A stretch of 64,000 bases of DNA from Rubripirellula sp. (GTDB lineage Bacteria; Planctomycetota; Planctomycetia; Pirellulales; Pirellulaceae), in contig OZ244207.1 of assembly GCA_965216875.1 (NCBI GenBank), positions 1,760,001 through 1,824,000 on the forward strand, in the 5' to 3' direction. Under the pieces are notes generated by a model, which saw only the letters and a list, made by a program, of their open reading frames with translations, was not told the DNA's origin and made no database searches. The translations under genes were made by a program, and so were the position numbers. Below are positions 1-10,595 of the stretch, piece after piece (the stretch's first letter is position 1; the number at the start of each line of letters is the position of its first letter).

Positions 1-536
1 GTGCGAGCGCCTTCTTGCCAGTTGGCTGGGCAAACTTCGCCGTGCTCTTGGTGGTAGTTCAGAGCCTTGACCATGCGAAGTGCTTCATCAACGCTGCGGC
101 CGAGTGGCAAGTTGTTGATCACTTGATGTTGAACGTCGCCGTTTTCGTCGATCAGGAACAGGCCGCGAAGCGCGACACCGTCGTCAAGCAACACGTCGTA
201 GTCGCGTGCGATCTGCTTGTTCAGGTCCGAAACCAACGGGTATTCGACTTTGCCAATGCCACCTTCGTTACGAGCTTGTTGCGTCCAAGCCAAGTGGGTG
301 AAGTGGCTGTCGACCGAAACGCCAAGCACTTGTGCGCCGAGTGCTTCGAAATCAGCGGCACGGTCACTGAAGGCGATGATTTCGGTTGGGCAAACGAACG
401 TGAAATCGAGTGGCCAGAAGAACAAGACGACTTTCTTGCCGCGGTAATCTGCCAGCGACAACTCTTTGAACGAACCGTCGGGCATGACGGCTTGAGCTTT
501 GAATCCAGGAGCTTGTTGAGCAACCAAAACACTCAT
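1..536 (-). CDS. ahpC: 2-Cys peroxiredoxin (AhpC/Prx1 family); 3' end runs off the window
   Basis: Not in the ORF track. Manual minus-strand translation from ATG 536 gives [17 protein letters not shown]...[15 protein letters not shown]...GEVCPANW, with both VCP motifs. Confidence 0.95.
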   Translation of the reverse strand, partial: MSVLVAQQAPGFKAQAVMPDGSFKELSLADYRGKKVVLFFWPLDFTFVCPTEIIAFSDRAADFEALGAQVLGVSVDSHFTHLAWTQQARNEGGIGKVEYPLVSDLNKQIARDYDVLLDDGVALRGLFLIDENGDVQHQVINNLPLGRSVDEALRMVKALNYHQEHGEVCPANWQEGAR

Positions 537-584
537 GAGGTTTCTTTCTTGCTGAGTTAGATGTTTTGCAAAATGGAATCGGCC

Positions 585-734
585 GACCGGGGGATCCGGG
601 ACCGTCTTTGGTGGAGGTCGTTGGGAAGCGTCGTGTCCTCGTGAGACCCAATGAGTTCCCCCGGAGAGGGCTCAAACCCAACCCGGTCGAAAGGTCAGCG
701 GTAGGCTTCCGCCAAGAGCCGATCCAGCGAGGTC
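585..734. ncRNA. candidate structured non-coding RNA or leader (unidentified)
   Basis: Nested complementary segments: 585-588/731-734, 592-596/721-725, 605-617/706-717, 620-625/677-682 and 652-658/668-674. G-U pairs favour the + strand. Confidence 0.3.
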
Positions 735-796
735 AAAACGCTTCAAACACTATCGAGGGATTTGCGAATTCGGGCAAGCGGGTGCAACCGAATTGA

Positions 797-2290
797 CTAC
801 TCGATTCGGGCCGATGGATCGATCTTTTTGCCCTCCCAATAGAAACCATCACTACGTTTTTCCAGGATTCTCGCTCTGCTGCCCGGTGCCAGCGGCTTTT
901 CCTCCTTGGGCAACCAGCGGCTTAAACGTGCGATGACGGGCGCATACTCGATTCGGTCCACGTCGCGAGCCAGCAGATTGTGCTGCTCGAAACGATCGGC
1001 GGCTCGATCGTAAAGTTCCTCGCCGCCGTCGGCATAACGGATGTAACGCCATCGCGTGTCGCAAACGCTGTGGTTTCCAGCGTTGTGTGAACAAATCGCC
1101 GGCTTTTCTCGCGTCGCGGCGGGATCGCGGATCTGCGGTCCCAGACTGATCCCCTCGAGCACATCGTTTGGCTCGAGTCGCGCGAGCTCGATCAGAGTTG
1201 GGTACAGATCGAGTAGTTCGACCGGCTGACCACAGCGTGTCGATTGGGGAATCCCTGGACCCGCCACGATAAGTGGCACACGCGTCGAATGTGTCCACAG
1301 GCTGTTCTTGCCCGAAATCGCTTTCTCCCCAAGATGGTACCCGTGGTCGCTCCACAGCACGACGATCGTGTTGTCGGCGTACGGCGAATTCTCCAACGCA
1401 TCGAGCACACGCCCAACCTGGCTGTCCACAAAGCTGACACATGCGAGGTAGGATCGAACAAGAGGCACGAGCTGGTTGTTTTCTTCGAGCCAACTTGTTC
1501 GCGGTTCGGGCAACTTCCAATGCACGTACCAAGAGGAATCGGGAGTGTCACTCCGATCGTCCTGCAAGATCGGTGGCATCGCGAAGCTGCCCTCGGGATA
1601 CAAGTCAAACCACTTCTGTGTTGCAAAGCACGGAACGTGTGGAAGGAAGAACCCAACCGACAAAAAGAATGGTTTGTCATCGGGCATGTTGTTGATTTCG
1701 TCGACCGCCCACGAGGCAACTTGCCAATCGCCTTTGTCCTCATCGCGGTGCGGAAAGGTTCCCCAGTCCATCAGCGGATGGTTGCCGCCTGGAGTTGGTG
1801 GAATCAGTTTCTGCTTGGGCCGAACACCAACCTTTGCCGGTGGTCCCAGTACGTCGCATTCACCTCTTCCTTGATTCGCTCGACCGTTGCCCCCGTGGTA
1901 GATCTTGCCACCGATGAGTGTTCGGTAACCCGCTTGATGAAAATGCTGCGGCATCGTGACGAGGTCGGCAAGTTCGGGCACGTTGCGGAGCCAAGGCGAC
2001 AGTCCATAAACGCCTGTACTCGTCGGCCGCAAACCAGTCATCAACGATGTTCGTGACGGGTTGCAAAGCGGCGCCTGGCAATGCGCATTGGTGAAGGTCA
2101 TCCCACGCGCCGCCAATTGTTTCATTGCTGGCGTCTTGACGTCGGGATGGCCGCCCAAGGGTTCGACCCAATCATTCAAGTCATCGATCGCGATCATCAA
2201 GACGTTGGGACGCTCGTCGGCCTGAAGGCGACCGTGCGAGTAGGCGGTCAAAGCGATTGCGATCGCTGCAGTGAGGAGAGTTTTGCACAT
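797..2290 (-). CDS. sulfatase (choline/iduronate sulfatase-like), secreted
   Basis: PNVLMIAIDDL, formylglycine motif CNPSR, WSDHG and a signal peptide. Start moved to MCKTLL. Confidence 0.92.
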   Translation of the reverse strand: MCKTLLTAAIAIALTAYSHGRLQADERPNVLMIAIDDLNDWVEPLGGHPDVKTPAMKQLAARGMTFTNAHCQAPLCNPSRTSLMTGLRPTSTGVYGLSPWLRNVPELADLVTMPQHFHQAGYRTLIGGKIYHGGNGRANQGRGECDVLGPPAKVGVRPKQKLIPPTPGGNHPLMDWGTFPHRDEDKGDWQVASWAVDEINNMPDDKPFFLSVGFFLPHVPCFATQKWFDLYPEGSFAMPPILQDDRSDTPDSSWYVHWKLPEPRTSWLEENNQLVPLVRSYLACVSFVDSQVGRVLDALENSPYADNTIVVLWSDHGYHLGEKAISGKNSLWTHSTRVPLIVAGPGIPQSTRCGQPVELLDLYPTLIELARLEPNDVLEGISLGPQIRDPAATREKPAICSHNAGNHSVCDTRWRYIRYADGGEELYDRAADRFEQHNLLARDVDRIEYAPVIARLSRWLPKEEKPLAPGSRARILEKRSDGFYWEGKKIDPSARIE

Positions 2291-2515
2291 AAGAGGGGCG
2301 GCATGGTGGGAAGCGAGTGGTGGGCAGAGAGGGAACAAAAATCGTAACCGAAATCGCTAGGACCTGCACATTCACCACAATCGTCAACAATGCCGACGCA
2401 ACCAACATGCTCGGCAATCACGGGTTTGTCACGGGGCGCAAGCGTCGATGTCGTGGGCTAGACCTAAATGAGTCTCGGTCTACTCGCACCACGGTCACGC
2501 TGGAATACCATCGAC

Positions 2516-3436
2516 ATGTCACCGCTTCATCGAGCCGCACTTGCCGCCCGAGCCACGCTCACCGCGCCTGCCCGTTCAAGGCGTCTGCAGCGAATGTGCG
2601 ACCAAAACCATGCGCCGATGTCCGTGTTGTTCTATCACCGCGTTGCGGACGATCATCCGAATAGCTGGAGCATCAGTCGAAGCGATTTTCAAAAGCACAT
2701 CGAGTACTGCCAGGACAACTTCGAACTGATCGCACTCGATGAACTTCAACGCCGCGTGCGCAGCGGTGAATCTCCGCGAGCCACCGTCTCGATCACGTTC
2801 GATGATGGCTACGCCGATAACTGCGACTTTGCGTTTCCGCTAATGATCGAGCGCAACGTTCCCTGTACGTATTTCGTGACGACGACGCACATTCTTAAGG
2901 GCGAGTCGTTTCCGCACGATGTCGAGGCGGGCGTGCCCCTGCAGCCGAATACCGTTGCGCAACTTCGCGAAGCAGCCGATGCCGGGATCGAGATCGGACT
3001 CCATACGCGAGACCACGTCGATTTCTCTCGCATCCATGATCCTGATGTCGTTCACGCCGAGATCGTTGAAGCAAAAGACGTCTTGGAGCAAATGATCGGA
3101 CGGGCCGTCCGCTACTTTGCCTTTCCCTACGGAATGCCTTGGCAATTGACTCAGCAAGCCATTGAAGCGGTGCACGAAGCTGGACTGCTCGGCTTCTGTA
3201 GTGCCTATGGCGCGTACAACCTAGCCAGCACAACGGAAACTCAACGCGACCCGTTTCATATTCGTCGCTGTCATGGCGATGCCGAACTTTCAAGGCTCCG
3301 CAATTGGTTGACGTTTGATCCGGCAAAGGTGCGTACGGAACCGGATGTGCGATACAGCTTGCCTTTGAGCAATGACGCTAGCGAATCCCTGAGCGGCAAG
3401 ACGCGAGTGCCGGAGCTCGGAGTTACTGTGCCATGA
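2516..3436 (+). CDS. polysaccharide deacetylase (CE4/NodB)
   Basis: Motifs LFYHRV, ITFDDG, HTRDH and FAFPYG. Confidence 0.9.
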   Translation: MSPLHRAALAARATLTAPARSRRLQRMCDQNHAPMSVLFYHRVADDHPNSWSISRSDFQKHIEYCQDNFELIALDELQRRVRSGESPRATVSITFDDGYADNCDFAFPLMIERNVPCTYFVTTTHILKGESFPHDVEAGVPLQPNTVAQLREAADAGIEIGLHTRDHVDFSRIHDPDVVHAEIVEAKDVLEQMIGRAVRYFAFPYGMPWQLTQQAIEAVHEAGLLGFCSAYGAYNLASTTETQRDPFHIRRCHGDAELSRLRNWLTFDPAKVRTEPDVRYSLPLSNDASESLSGKTRVPELGVTVP

Positions 3437-3468
3437 GTTGAAGTGCCTGCCCAAGATATTGCCAACAG

Positions 3469-3578
3469 TCATCCTCTCGCTTGCGGCATGGTCGGACGCA
3501 AAGTTCGGAGAGGGAAAGGTTTTCGCAGAACAAACCCTCTCCGGGCCTTAGAGCCCGACCCTCCCAAGGGAGAGTGTT
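3469..3578 (+). repeat. REP-like element (CCCTCCCGCAAGCGGGAGGG family)
   Basis: Related copies at 6381-6427, 8826-8850, 9922-10032 and 23875-23980, all intergenic. Confidence 0.8.
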
Positions 3579-3658
3579 GATTTCAAAAAGCGTACTCGTC
3601 CACGACCGACAATACCAACCCGTTTCACTCCGCCCTTCCATCCAACCGAGTCACGTTC

Positions 3659-4885
3659 ATGCTTTTCACACGCAAGAGGTTTTGGCGAACCGTCCCGCCT
3701 CGCGCCGAGGCAGGGCCGCTGCGGTGTCTGTTCTTGATCACGAGCATGCCGGTTGGAGGTGCCGAAACGTTGTTGGTCAACATGATTCGGCGGTTCGATC
3801 GGTCCAAAATCGATCCTCAAGTGGTTTGCCTGAAAGAAGCGGGGCCGCTTGGCGAGAAGATTGCTGAAGAGTATCCGGTTCATACGCATCTTCTGGCCGG
3901 CAAATGGGATCTCCGTGTTCTGCCTCGTCTGTGTCGCTTGATGCACAAGCAACGCGCTGATGTGGTCGTCACGGTTGGCGCAGGCGACAAGATGTTTTGG
4001 GGGCGATTGGCGGCGCATCTGGCGGGCGTTCCCGTGATCGCCTCGGCGCTCCATTCGACCGGTTGGCCCGATGGCGTGGGCCGGCTCAATCGGATGCTCA
4101 CTGGCATGACCGACGCGTTCATTGCCGTCGCCGATTCGCATGGTCAGTTTCTGGGTGACTTTGAGCGGTTCCCAAAAGACAAAGTGCATGTCATTCGCAA
4201 CGGAGTGGACTGCGATCGCTTCCAACCGAATGCCGGCGCTCCGGCTTGGCTGCGCAATGAGCTCGGCCTTTCGGGCGATTGCCAACTGGCTGGAATCGTC
4301 GCTGCGTTGCGCTCGGAAAAGAACCATACCCTATTGGTTCAGGCAGCTGCCGAATTGCGTGATCGGTGCCCCCTCCTTCATTGGGTTATCGTCGGCGATG
4401 GTCCCGAGCGAGAAACGATCGAAGAGGCTGCGAGAGACCGAGGTGTCGCTGACCGCATTCATCTGCTGGGCACACGCCACGATACCGATCGAATCGTGGC
4501 GGGACTCGACCTCTTCGCACTTTGCTCGTTGAACGAAGCGTCGCCCGTTTCGATTTTGGAAGCACTCGCCTGCCAGGTACCCGTGGTGGCAACGGACGTT
4601 GGGTCGGTGTCTGAGTCGATTCGCGAAGGTGAAACGGGGTACTTGGTCGAATCCGAGGACGCCAGCGCGCTCGCCGACCGAGTCGCGAAGTTGATTGAGA
4701 ATCCGCAACAGCGTTTGGCTTTTGGTCAAGCAGGACGTGAGCTCGTGCTGAGGACTGGATCACTTGCTTCGATGGTTGACGGCTACACGCACCTAGCGAC
4801 CAGTCTTTACGATCGCTTCCAAACGGCATCTCTTCGCCAACCCGATTCGTCGCCGGTCCGCAGGGCGACCCCCGCCAAACAATAA
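3659..4885 (+). CDS. glycosyltransferase family 4 (GT-B)
   Basis: GGAE, VIRNGVD, EASPVSILEALA and PVVATDVG. Confidence 0.92.
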   Translation: MLFTRKRFWRTVPPRAEAGPLRCLFLITSMPVGGAETLLVNMIRRFDRSKIDPQVVCLKEAGPLGEKIAEEYPVHTHLLAGKWDLRVLPRLCRLMHKQRADVVVTVGAGDKMFWGRLAAHLAGVPVIASALHSTGWPDGVGRLNRMLTGMTDAFIAVADSHGQFLGDFERFPKDKVHVIRNGVDCDRFQPNAGAPAWLRNELGLSGDCQLAGIVAALRSEKNHTLLVQAAAELRDRCPLLHWVIVGDGPERETIEEAARDRGVADRIHLLGTRHDTDRIVAGLDLFALCSLNEASPVSILEALACQVPVVATDVGSVSESIREGETGYLVESEDASALADRVAKLIENPQQRLAFGQAGRELVLRTGSLASMVDGYTHLATSLYDRFQTASLRQPDSSPVRRATPAKQ

Positions 4886-5001
4886 CCCCGTAGGGTGTGT
4901 GCCTGCACGCGCCAAAACTCTCTCGGTGCATTTTTGCTGCGCCACAATTGCACGGCTCACTTCCCTTCGCAAAGGCTCTGGCGGCGGTTAGACTTCACTT
5001 T

Positions 5002-5607
5002 ATGACGCTAACCAGCCATGTGATCGTCGTTTTGGCAAAGCTTTTTAGCGGGTTTACGGTGCGTTGGGTCGATTGCCAGCCCGATACGTGCCAGCGAATC
5101 TACTTTGCCAATCACACCAGCCACCTCGACGCCGTCGTGTTGTGGTCGGCTCTGCCGCGCGAATTGCGAAACGTCACGCGTCCGGTCGCAGCGAAGGACT
5201 ATTGGACGAGCGGTTGGTTCAAGCAACATATCGCGAGCAGTTTTAACGCGTTGCTGATCGATCGCAAGGAAATCAAGGTCCACAAAAGCCCGATCGACAG
5301 CATGTTGTCGCAGATGGGGGACGTCTACTCGTTGATTGTCTTTCCCGAGGGTGGGCGATCGTCGGGCGAGGAAATGTCCGACTTCAAGAGTGGGCTCTAC
5401 TACATCGGCAAGAAGCGTCCCGACCTCGAACTGGTGCCGGTTTACATCGACAACGTCAATCGCATTTTGCCGCGTGGCGAAGTGTTACCTGTGCCGCTGC
5501 TCAGTTGCATCACGATCGGCCCACCGATCTTCCTCGAGTCGGGCGAACCAAAGAATGAGTTCCTCAAGCGAGCACGCGAGTCGGTGCAAGCGTTGAAAGA
5601 GATGTAA
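5002..5607 (+). CDS. lysophospholipid acyltransferase (PlsC-like)
   Basis: NHTSHLD (HX4D) and FPEGGRS motifs. Confidence 0.9.
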   Translation: MTLTSHVIVVLAKLFSGFTVRWVDCQPDTCQRIYFANHTSHLDAVVLWSALPRELRNVTRPVAAKDYWTSGWFKQHIASSFNALLIDRKEIKVHKSPIDSMLSQMGDVYSLIVFPEGGRSSGEEMSDFKSGLYYIGKKRPDLELVPVYIDNVNRILPRGEVLPVPLLSCITIGPPIFLESGEPKNEFLKRARESVQALKEM

Positions 5608-5609
5608 TT

Positions 5610-6380
5610 GTGTCGAACTGGGACGCTCAGCATTACTTGCGGTATGACGATGAGCGTTCACGTGCGGCTGACGATTTGATCGCCCGCATCAAGCTCGCCG
5701 CACCCAAGACGATCACGGATCTCGGCTGCGGTCCGGGCAACAGCACAAAGCTCCTTCGCGGCCGTTGGCCAGACGCGAGGATCGTCGGTGTCGACAACTC
5801 GGCAGAGATGCTCGAAAAGGCCAAGACACAGTGGCCCGACGAGCCGTGGAGCCTCGAAGATATCGGGTCCTGGCAACCCGAGTCCCCGCAAGAGCTGGTC
5901 TTTTCGAACGCTGCGATTCAGTGGCTCGGCGACCATCGAACACTGTTGCGGCGGCTTGCCAGCTTCGTTGCACCACACGGAGCCATTGCGTTTCAGATTC
6001 CAAGTAGTACCTATGCAACCATCCGCACTCTGATTCACGACGTCTCACGCGACCCGCGGTGGACGAACCGGATGGTCGGAGCTCGTGAGATCCTGACGAT
6101 GGAGCCGCCCGAGTTCTACTACGACGTCTTTGCCGATCTCGGATGGCGCATCGATCTATGGGAAACGGAGTATTGCCACGTCCTCGAGTCACCTGCAGCG
6201 GTAATCGATTGGATATCGAGCACAGGCCTACGTCCCTTTCTTGATGCGATTGAATCGGACAATGAGCGTGACGAGTTCATGGGAAGACTGCAGCAGCTCG
6301 CGGTGGATGCGTATCCGCGGCGCGTCGATGGTCGTGTGCTCTTCCCTTTTCGGCGCACGTTCCTCGTCGCCTACCAGTGA
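5610..6380 (+). CDS. tam: trans-aconitate 2-methyltransferase
   Basis: WDAQHYLRY, DLGCGPGNST, FSNAAIQW and C-terminal LFPFRR, typical of Tam. Confidence 0.85.
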   Translation: MSNWDAQHYLRYDDERSRAADDLIARIKLAAPKTITDLGCGPGNSTKLLRGRWPDARIVGVDNSAEMLEKAKTQWPDEPWSLEDIGSWQPESPQELVFSNAAIQWLGDHRTLLRRLASFVAPHGAIAFQIPSSTYATIRTLIHDVSRDPRWTNRMVGAREILTMEPPEFYYDVFADLGWRIDLWETEYCHVLESPAAVIDWISSTGLRPFLDAIESDNERDEFMGRLQQLAVDAYPRRVDGRVLFPFRRTFLVAYQ

Positions 6381-6567
6381 TGACCCTCCCGCTTGCGGGA
6401 GTATCGGACGCAAAGTCCGGGGAGGGATTGATCTTTTCAAATCAAACACTCTCCAGGCCTTGCGAGATGCACAAGAGAATGAAAGGCCCGACGCTAGCGC
6501 GTACGGCTCATGGAGGTGTTGTCACGCGAACCAAAATGCGTCTATTCACTTCCGATGATCGTCCGGC

Positions 6568-6936
6568 TCATGGTTCCCATACCTTTGCATCTTCGGCTCC
6601 TTCGACCGAGACGCATTGAACCACTTTCCTCTCTTTCTGACACACTGCCACGAGGTACATCCTTGAATGCTCGCGGCAGTTGCCTCGATAGAAACGTGAG
6701 GCAATCAAGAAGACGGCACTTCGTTCGTCATCGATCTCGCCGATGAACTCGGACGATCGCAGGACACCGAGGTTGCTGCCGGCGGCAATCAGGCCTTCGT
6801 CGATATCTGGTTCCGCAACTCTCGCAATGAACCCCAATGCAATCTCACGCAATCGACTACGACGCATGCTTGGTGCGATGTGCAAGTAGATCGAAAACAA
6901 AAGCAACAACACCGTGAATGCAAACGCGTACTGCAT
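6568..6936 (-). CDS. hypothetical membrane-anchored protein
   Basis: 122-aa ORF with an N-terminal hydrophobic helix, downstream of the RraB-like gene. Confidence 0.5.
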   Translation of the reverse strand: MQYAFAFTVLLLLFSIYLHIAPSMRRSRLREIALGFIARVAEPDIDEGLIAAGSNLGVLRSSEFIGEIDDERSAVFLIASRFYRGNCREHSRMYLVAVCQKERKVVQCVSVEGAEDAKVWEP

Positions 6937-6980
6937 GATTTACCCCAGAGGATTCAAGTCGCAGCTTGGTATCGAGGTGG

Positions 6981-7352
6981 TCACCCGCCGAGCATGACAC
7001 CCCAACCATCAAGGATTCCGCCGAGTGGTTCAACGACCTCACGTACTTCACTTTGAACGCGCATCAAGTCGTTGTAATCAGGAACCATTTTGACGCCGAC
7101 GTAGACGGTCCAAGCCGGACCAAATTCTTCGTCATCGGGATCGATTTCACCCTCCTCGTCAGGTTCTCCTTCGTCAAATTCGACGGTTGCTTGGTACCCA
7201 GCCGACTCAAGTGCCGCTTTTGTGTCGTTGGCGCTCGCCTCGTCAGCAACGTCGATGGTGAACTCAAACGCAAGCGGTTGACTCATGTCGACGCCAGATG
7301 CAGCAATTTGCTCGAGCACTTGGCCGTCCGCGTCGTCAGGGTAATCTGTCAT
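6981..7352 (-). CDS. RraB-like (regulator of RNase E activity) domain protein
   Basis: Acidic 123-aa protein with D..VL..I...G.D.S.P..FEF and C-terminal GG..DGWG. Confidence 0.75.
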   Translation of the reverse strand: MTDYPDDADGQVLEQIAASGVDMSQPLAFEFTIDVADEASANDTKAALESAGYQATVEFDEGEPDEEGEIDPDDEEFGPAWTVYVGVKMVPDYNDLMRVQSEVREVVEPLGGILDGWGVMLGG

Positions 7353-7529
7353 TCATTTTCTCCTAGGCGTGCAGTCGGCACGTTGGTGTCCGACGGCGTT
7401 CATCATACGCGAAGCCAGTCTATGAACTGGCTTCACGCAACAGGGCATTGGTGATCCACACCAAAGTGTAAGGTCTGGCCGCTTGTGCGATGGCGGCACA
7501 AAGGATTTCGGTCTTGAAGCAAGGGACGC

Positions 7530-8723
7530 CTATTTGCGTCGCACGATTGATTCGACTTCGCCTTTTTGCAAACATGTTCGGATCACATCGCCATCGTTCA
7601 GCCTCTCCGCGTCACTGGCGGCTTTGCCGTCTGGGCCGATCGTGACGCTGTAACCACGCGACAAAACATCAAGTGGTGAAAGTGCCGAAAGTGCAGCTGC
7701 GGATGCGGCAAGTTTCGCTCGGCTGCCATTGACGTGTCCGCGGATCGCGACCCGTGCTCGATGGTCAAGCCCGTCAAGCACACGTGATCGGTCGTGGATC
7801 ATTTCGTGAGGGCGGCTGATGACGGTGCGTTGGGCGATCGATTCAAGCCGCGCACGTCGCGTCTGCATCGCATGTTGCATGGCGCGTTTGAGCCGCAAAC
7901 GTAATTCGGCGGTGGATCGATCAATCAGCTCATGGTCCGGCAAGATCCTGGTTGCCCCATCCGTTGGCGTCAAAGCGCGAACGTCCGCCGCCAGGTCGCA
8001 AAGGGTTACGTCGACTTCATGGCCGACTGCGGACACCGTGGGCACCTCTGATTCAGCCACCGCCCGGACCACCGGTTCTTCGTTGAAACACCAAAGGTCT
8101 TCCAGGCTGCCACCGCCGCGAGTCAACAGGATCACGTCGGGTTCGAGTTGTCGCGCTGCTCGCATCGCGCGCACAATCGAACGAGATGCCGTTTCGCCTT
8201 GCACCACTGCTGGAACGATCGTGATCCTCGTCCCTTGCCAGCGGTTCGCGGCTGCTTTGAGAAAGTCTCGGATCGCAGCGCCGCTTGGACTCGTGACGAC
8301 CGCGACATGTTTCGGAAACGACGGGAGATGCTTTTTGCGTTCCGCTGCAAACAACCCTTCGGCGTGAAGCTTTGCTTGAAGCTTTTGAAAGGCAAGCTGA
8401 AGCGAGCCAATCCCTTGCGCTTGGATTTTACGAATCACCAACTGGTACGTGCCACGTGCAGCGTAGACTTCGAGACCGCCGAAGCAGAAGACGGATTGCC
8501 CATCTTTGAGCTCTTCCTTGAGCTGCTGGGCAGTGCTGCGCCAAATGATGCCGCGAATCTGTGCAACATCATCTTTGAGCGTCAGGTAGATATGGCCGCT
8601 ACGAGCGCGAACAAGGTCCGAGATCTCGCCAGAGACCCACATCATCGGAAACGTCTCTTCGACGACCGCTTTGATATGCCCAGTTAGCTCGCCGACTGAA
8701 ATCGCGTCGACCGGTTCTTCCAT
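7530..8723 (-). CDS. xseA: exodeoxyribonuclease VII large subunit
   Basis: WVSGEIS, SGHIYLTLKD, RGGGSLEDLWCFNEE, VGHEVD and LSPLDVLSRGY. Confidence 0.97.
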   Translation of the reverse strand: MEEPVDAISVGELTGHIKAVVEETFPMMWVSGEISDLVRARSGHIYLTLKDDVAQIRGIIWRSTAQQLKEELKDGQSVFCFGGLEVYAARGTYQLVIRKIQAQGIGSLQLAFQKLQAKLHAEGLFAAERKKHLPSFPKHVAVVTSPSGAAIRDFLKAAANRWQGTRITIVPAVVQGETASRSIVRAMRAARQLEPDVILLTRGGGSLEDLWCFNEEPVVRAVAESEVPTVSAVGHEVDVTLCDLAADVRALTPTDGATRILPDHELIDRSTAELRLRLKRAMQHAMQTRRARLESIAQRTVISRPHEMIHDRSRVLDGLDHRARVAIRGHVNGSRAKLAASAAALSALSPLDVLSRGYSVTIGPDGKAASDAERLNDGDVIRTCLQKGEVESIVRRK

Positions 8724-8900
8724 CCCGTTGCTCCGATTTCGTTTAGCCGAGTGGTGGTGACAAGTGAGCCGCTGGCCGTGAGGCCTCGGGGCCCTTGTCA
8801 CCATCGACAGTCAATGCCACCGATTGACCTCCCGCAAGCGGGAGGGTGATTTTAAGGCCCGGCCGCTTAGCCTATGGCGGCTGAGTTGTTGAGTCACCAT

Positions 8901-9758
8901 TCAGGCGTTGAGATCCCAGTTGCCGGAAAAGACCTCTGACGCCCCGCCGGTCATCATCACGTGGTTAGTGGCTTCGTCCCACTCAAGGATCAAGTCACCG
9001 CCAAGTAAATGGTTCAGGATCCGCCGCTCAGTGCGACCAGTCAAAACACCCGCCACGCAGACCGCCGATGCGCCGGTACCGCAGGCCCACGTCTCGCCCG
9101 ATCCACGTTCCCAAGTGCGCTGCCTGACCTCGGTTGGCGAGATCACTTCGATGAACTCGATGTTGGTGCGTTGTGGAAAGCGCGGGTCGTTTTCAATCTT
9201 GGGACCGATGCCGAGGACCAAATCATCGTCCGCCCTATCGACGAACACGATGCAGTGCGGGTTACCCATCGAAACGCATGTCGCTTCAAAGGCACGTCCG
9301 GCAAACTCGACTTTGTGATTGATGACTTGCCCACTTTCGACAAGCGTGGTGGGGATGCGAGATGCTTCCAGCTCAGGCTCACCCATGTCGACGGTGACTT
9401 GCGAAACCAGGTCGGTGCCGCCCGTTTCGAGGCTCAGGTCAAGAACACCCGCGCCGGTTTCAATCCGCAGTTCCGGTTTCTTGGCAATCCCGTGATCGTA
9501 AACGTACTTCGCAACACAACGAATCCCGTTGCCGCACATCTCTGCTTCGCTGCCATCAGCGTTCAGCATTTGCATCCGGGCGTCGGCGACTTCGCTGGGA
9601 CGAATCAAAATCAGGCCGTCACCGCCAACGCCAAAGTGGCGGTGTGAAATCTTTTGGGCGAGCGACGCAATGTCGTCGGGCAACTCTTCTTCAAAACAGT
9701 TGACGTAGACGTAGTCGTTGCCGGCACCATGCATTTTTGTGAATCTCATGGCGGACAT
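8901..9758 (-). CDS. dapF: diaminopimelate epimerase
   Basis: [25 protein letters not shown] and [13 protein letters not shown]. Confidence 0.97.
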   Translation of the reverse strand: MSAMRFTKMHGAGNDYVYVNCFEEELPDDIASLAQKISHRHFGVGGDGLILIRPSEVADARMQMLNADGSEAEMCGNGIRCVAKYVYDHGIAKKPELRIETGAGVLDLSLETGGTDLVSQVTVDMGEPELEASRIPTTLVESGQVINHKVEFAGRAFEATCVSMGNPHCIVFVDRADDDLVLGIGPKIENDPRFPQRTNIEFIEVISPTEVRQRTWERGSGETWACGTGASAVCVAGVLTGRTERRILNHLLGGDLILEWDEATNHVMMTGGASEVFSGNWDLNA

Positions 9759-9921
9759 GCTATCGACAATTGAGGATCTGGGGAACCTTTGGAGGGGGAT
9801 GCGGCCACGAAGTGACGACACTTCTGCTGCCCGTTCGGTTCAGGCAAAGTTTCGCGAGTGAGCCAGTTCGTAGTACCGAGCTTTAGCCGGAATTCTTACT
9901 ACCCGTGAGCCAAAAGCGCCT

Positions 9922-10032
9922 CAACACTCTCCCGCGGGATAGTCGGGCTCTCAGGCCCGGAGAGGGTCCGTTCTTCAAAGGTCATTCCCTCCCCGGACTT
10001 TGCGTCCGACCCTCCCGCAAGCGGGAGGGTGA
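9922..10032 (-). repeat. REP-like element, same family
   Basis: GTCGGGCTCTCAGGCCCGGAGAGGG...CCGGACTTTGCGTCCGACCCTCCCGC shared with 23875-23980. Confidence 0.85.
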
Positions 10033-10361
10033 TCGTTGGTGCGCGAACCACGTGACCATGTGAGCGAACCTCACCGGCTTGATTGGGGGGATTGAGGCAA
10101 CACCGCACAAAGTTGCTCTGCAGTGGCTGGTCGATGGCGTGTTCTGCGCCCACCCAGTGGCATCAGGGTGACCTAACCGGCGCTGTCGCAAGATGGCGAC
10201 TTAAGTTGGGCAAGTTGACAACGTTTCCCTACACAGAATCTTCAACAGCTTTCGCTGACTAATTTGAAAAAACGCTTGCAAATACCGCAAATCACTCGAG
10301 GTCTTCGATATCATTTTCGCGTAGTCCCAAGTACCGACGCCTCATCCATTTGGAGCCATTG

Positions 10362-10550
10362 ATGGTCACTACGTTGCGCGCGGCGACGTGTTTTAGTTTC
10401 GTCCTTATTGCGACGTCATTCATTGTTGGTTGCAACAAAGAAAACACAGTCGTTCAACCTACTGAAGATTTCCAGCCGACGGCGGAGCAGGCTGCTTTCG
10501 AACAGGAACAGAACGAGCTGCGTGAGCAACGAAATCAGATCGATCAATAG
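10362..10550 (+). CDS. small lipoprotein upstream of the DUF1559 gene
   Basis: Signal peptide with lipobox IVGC; usual position next to a DUF1559 gene. Confidence 0.65.
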   Translation: MVTTLRAATCFSFVLIATSFIVGCNKENTVVQPTEDFQPTAEQAAFEQEQNELREQRNQIDQ

Positions 10551-10595
10551 CGTCGAACTTTATCCGCACTTTCCTTATTCCAACGGACCTTTGTC

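Noticed and set aside
15..560. 181-aa + strand ORF
   Set aside because: Antisense shadow of the peroxiredoxin gene on the minus strand.
677..705. SRP RNA or hammerhead identity for the structured region
   Set aside because: It lacks the SRP CAGG...GGAA...AGCAG motif and the hammerhead CUGANGA/GAAA core.
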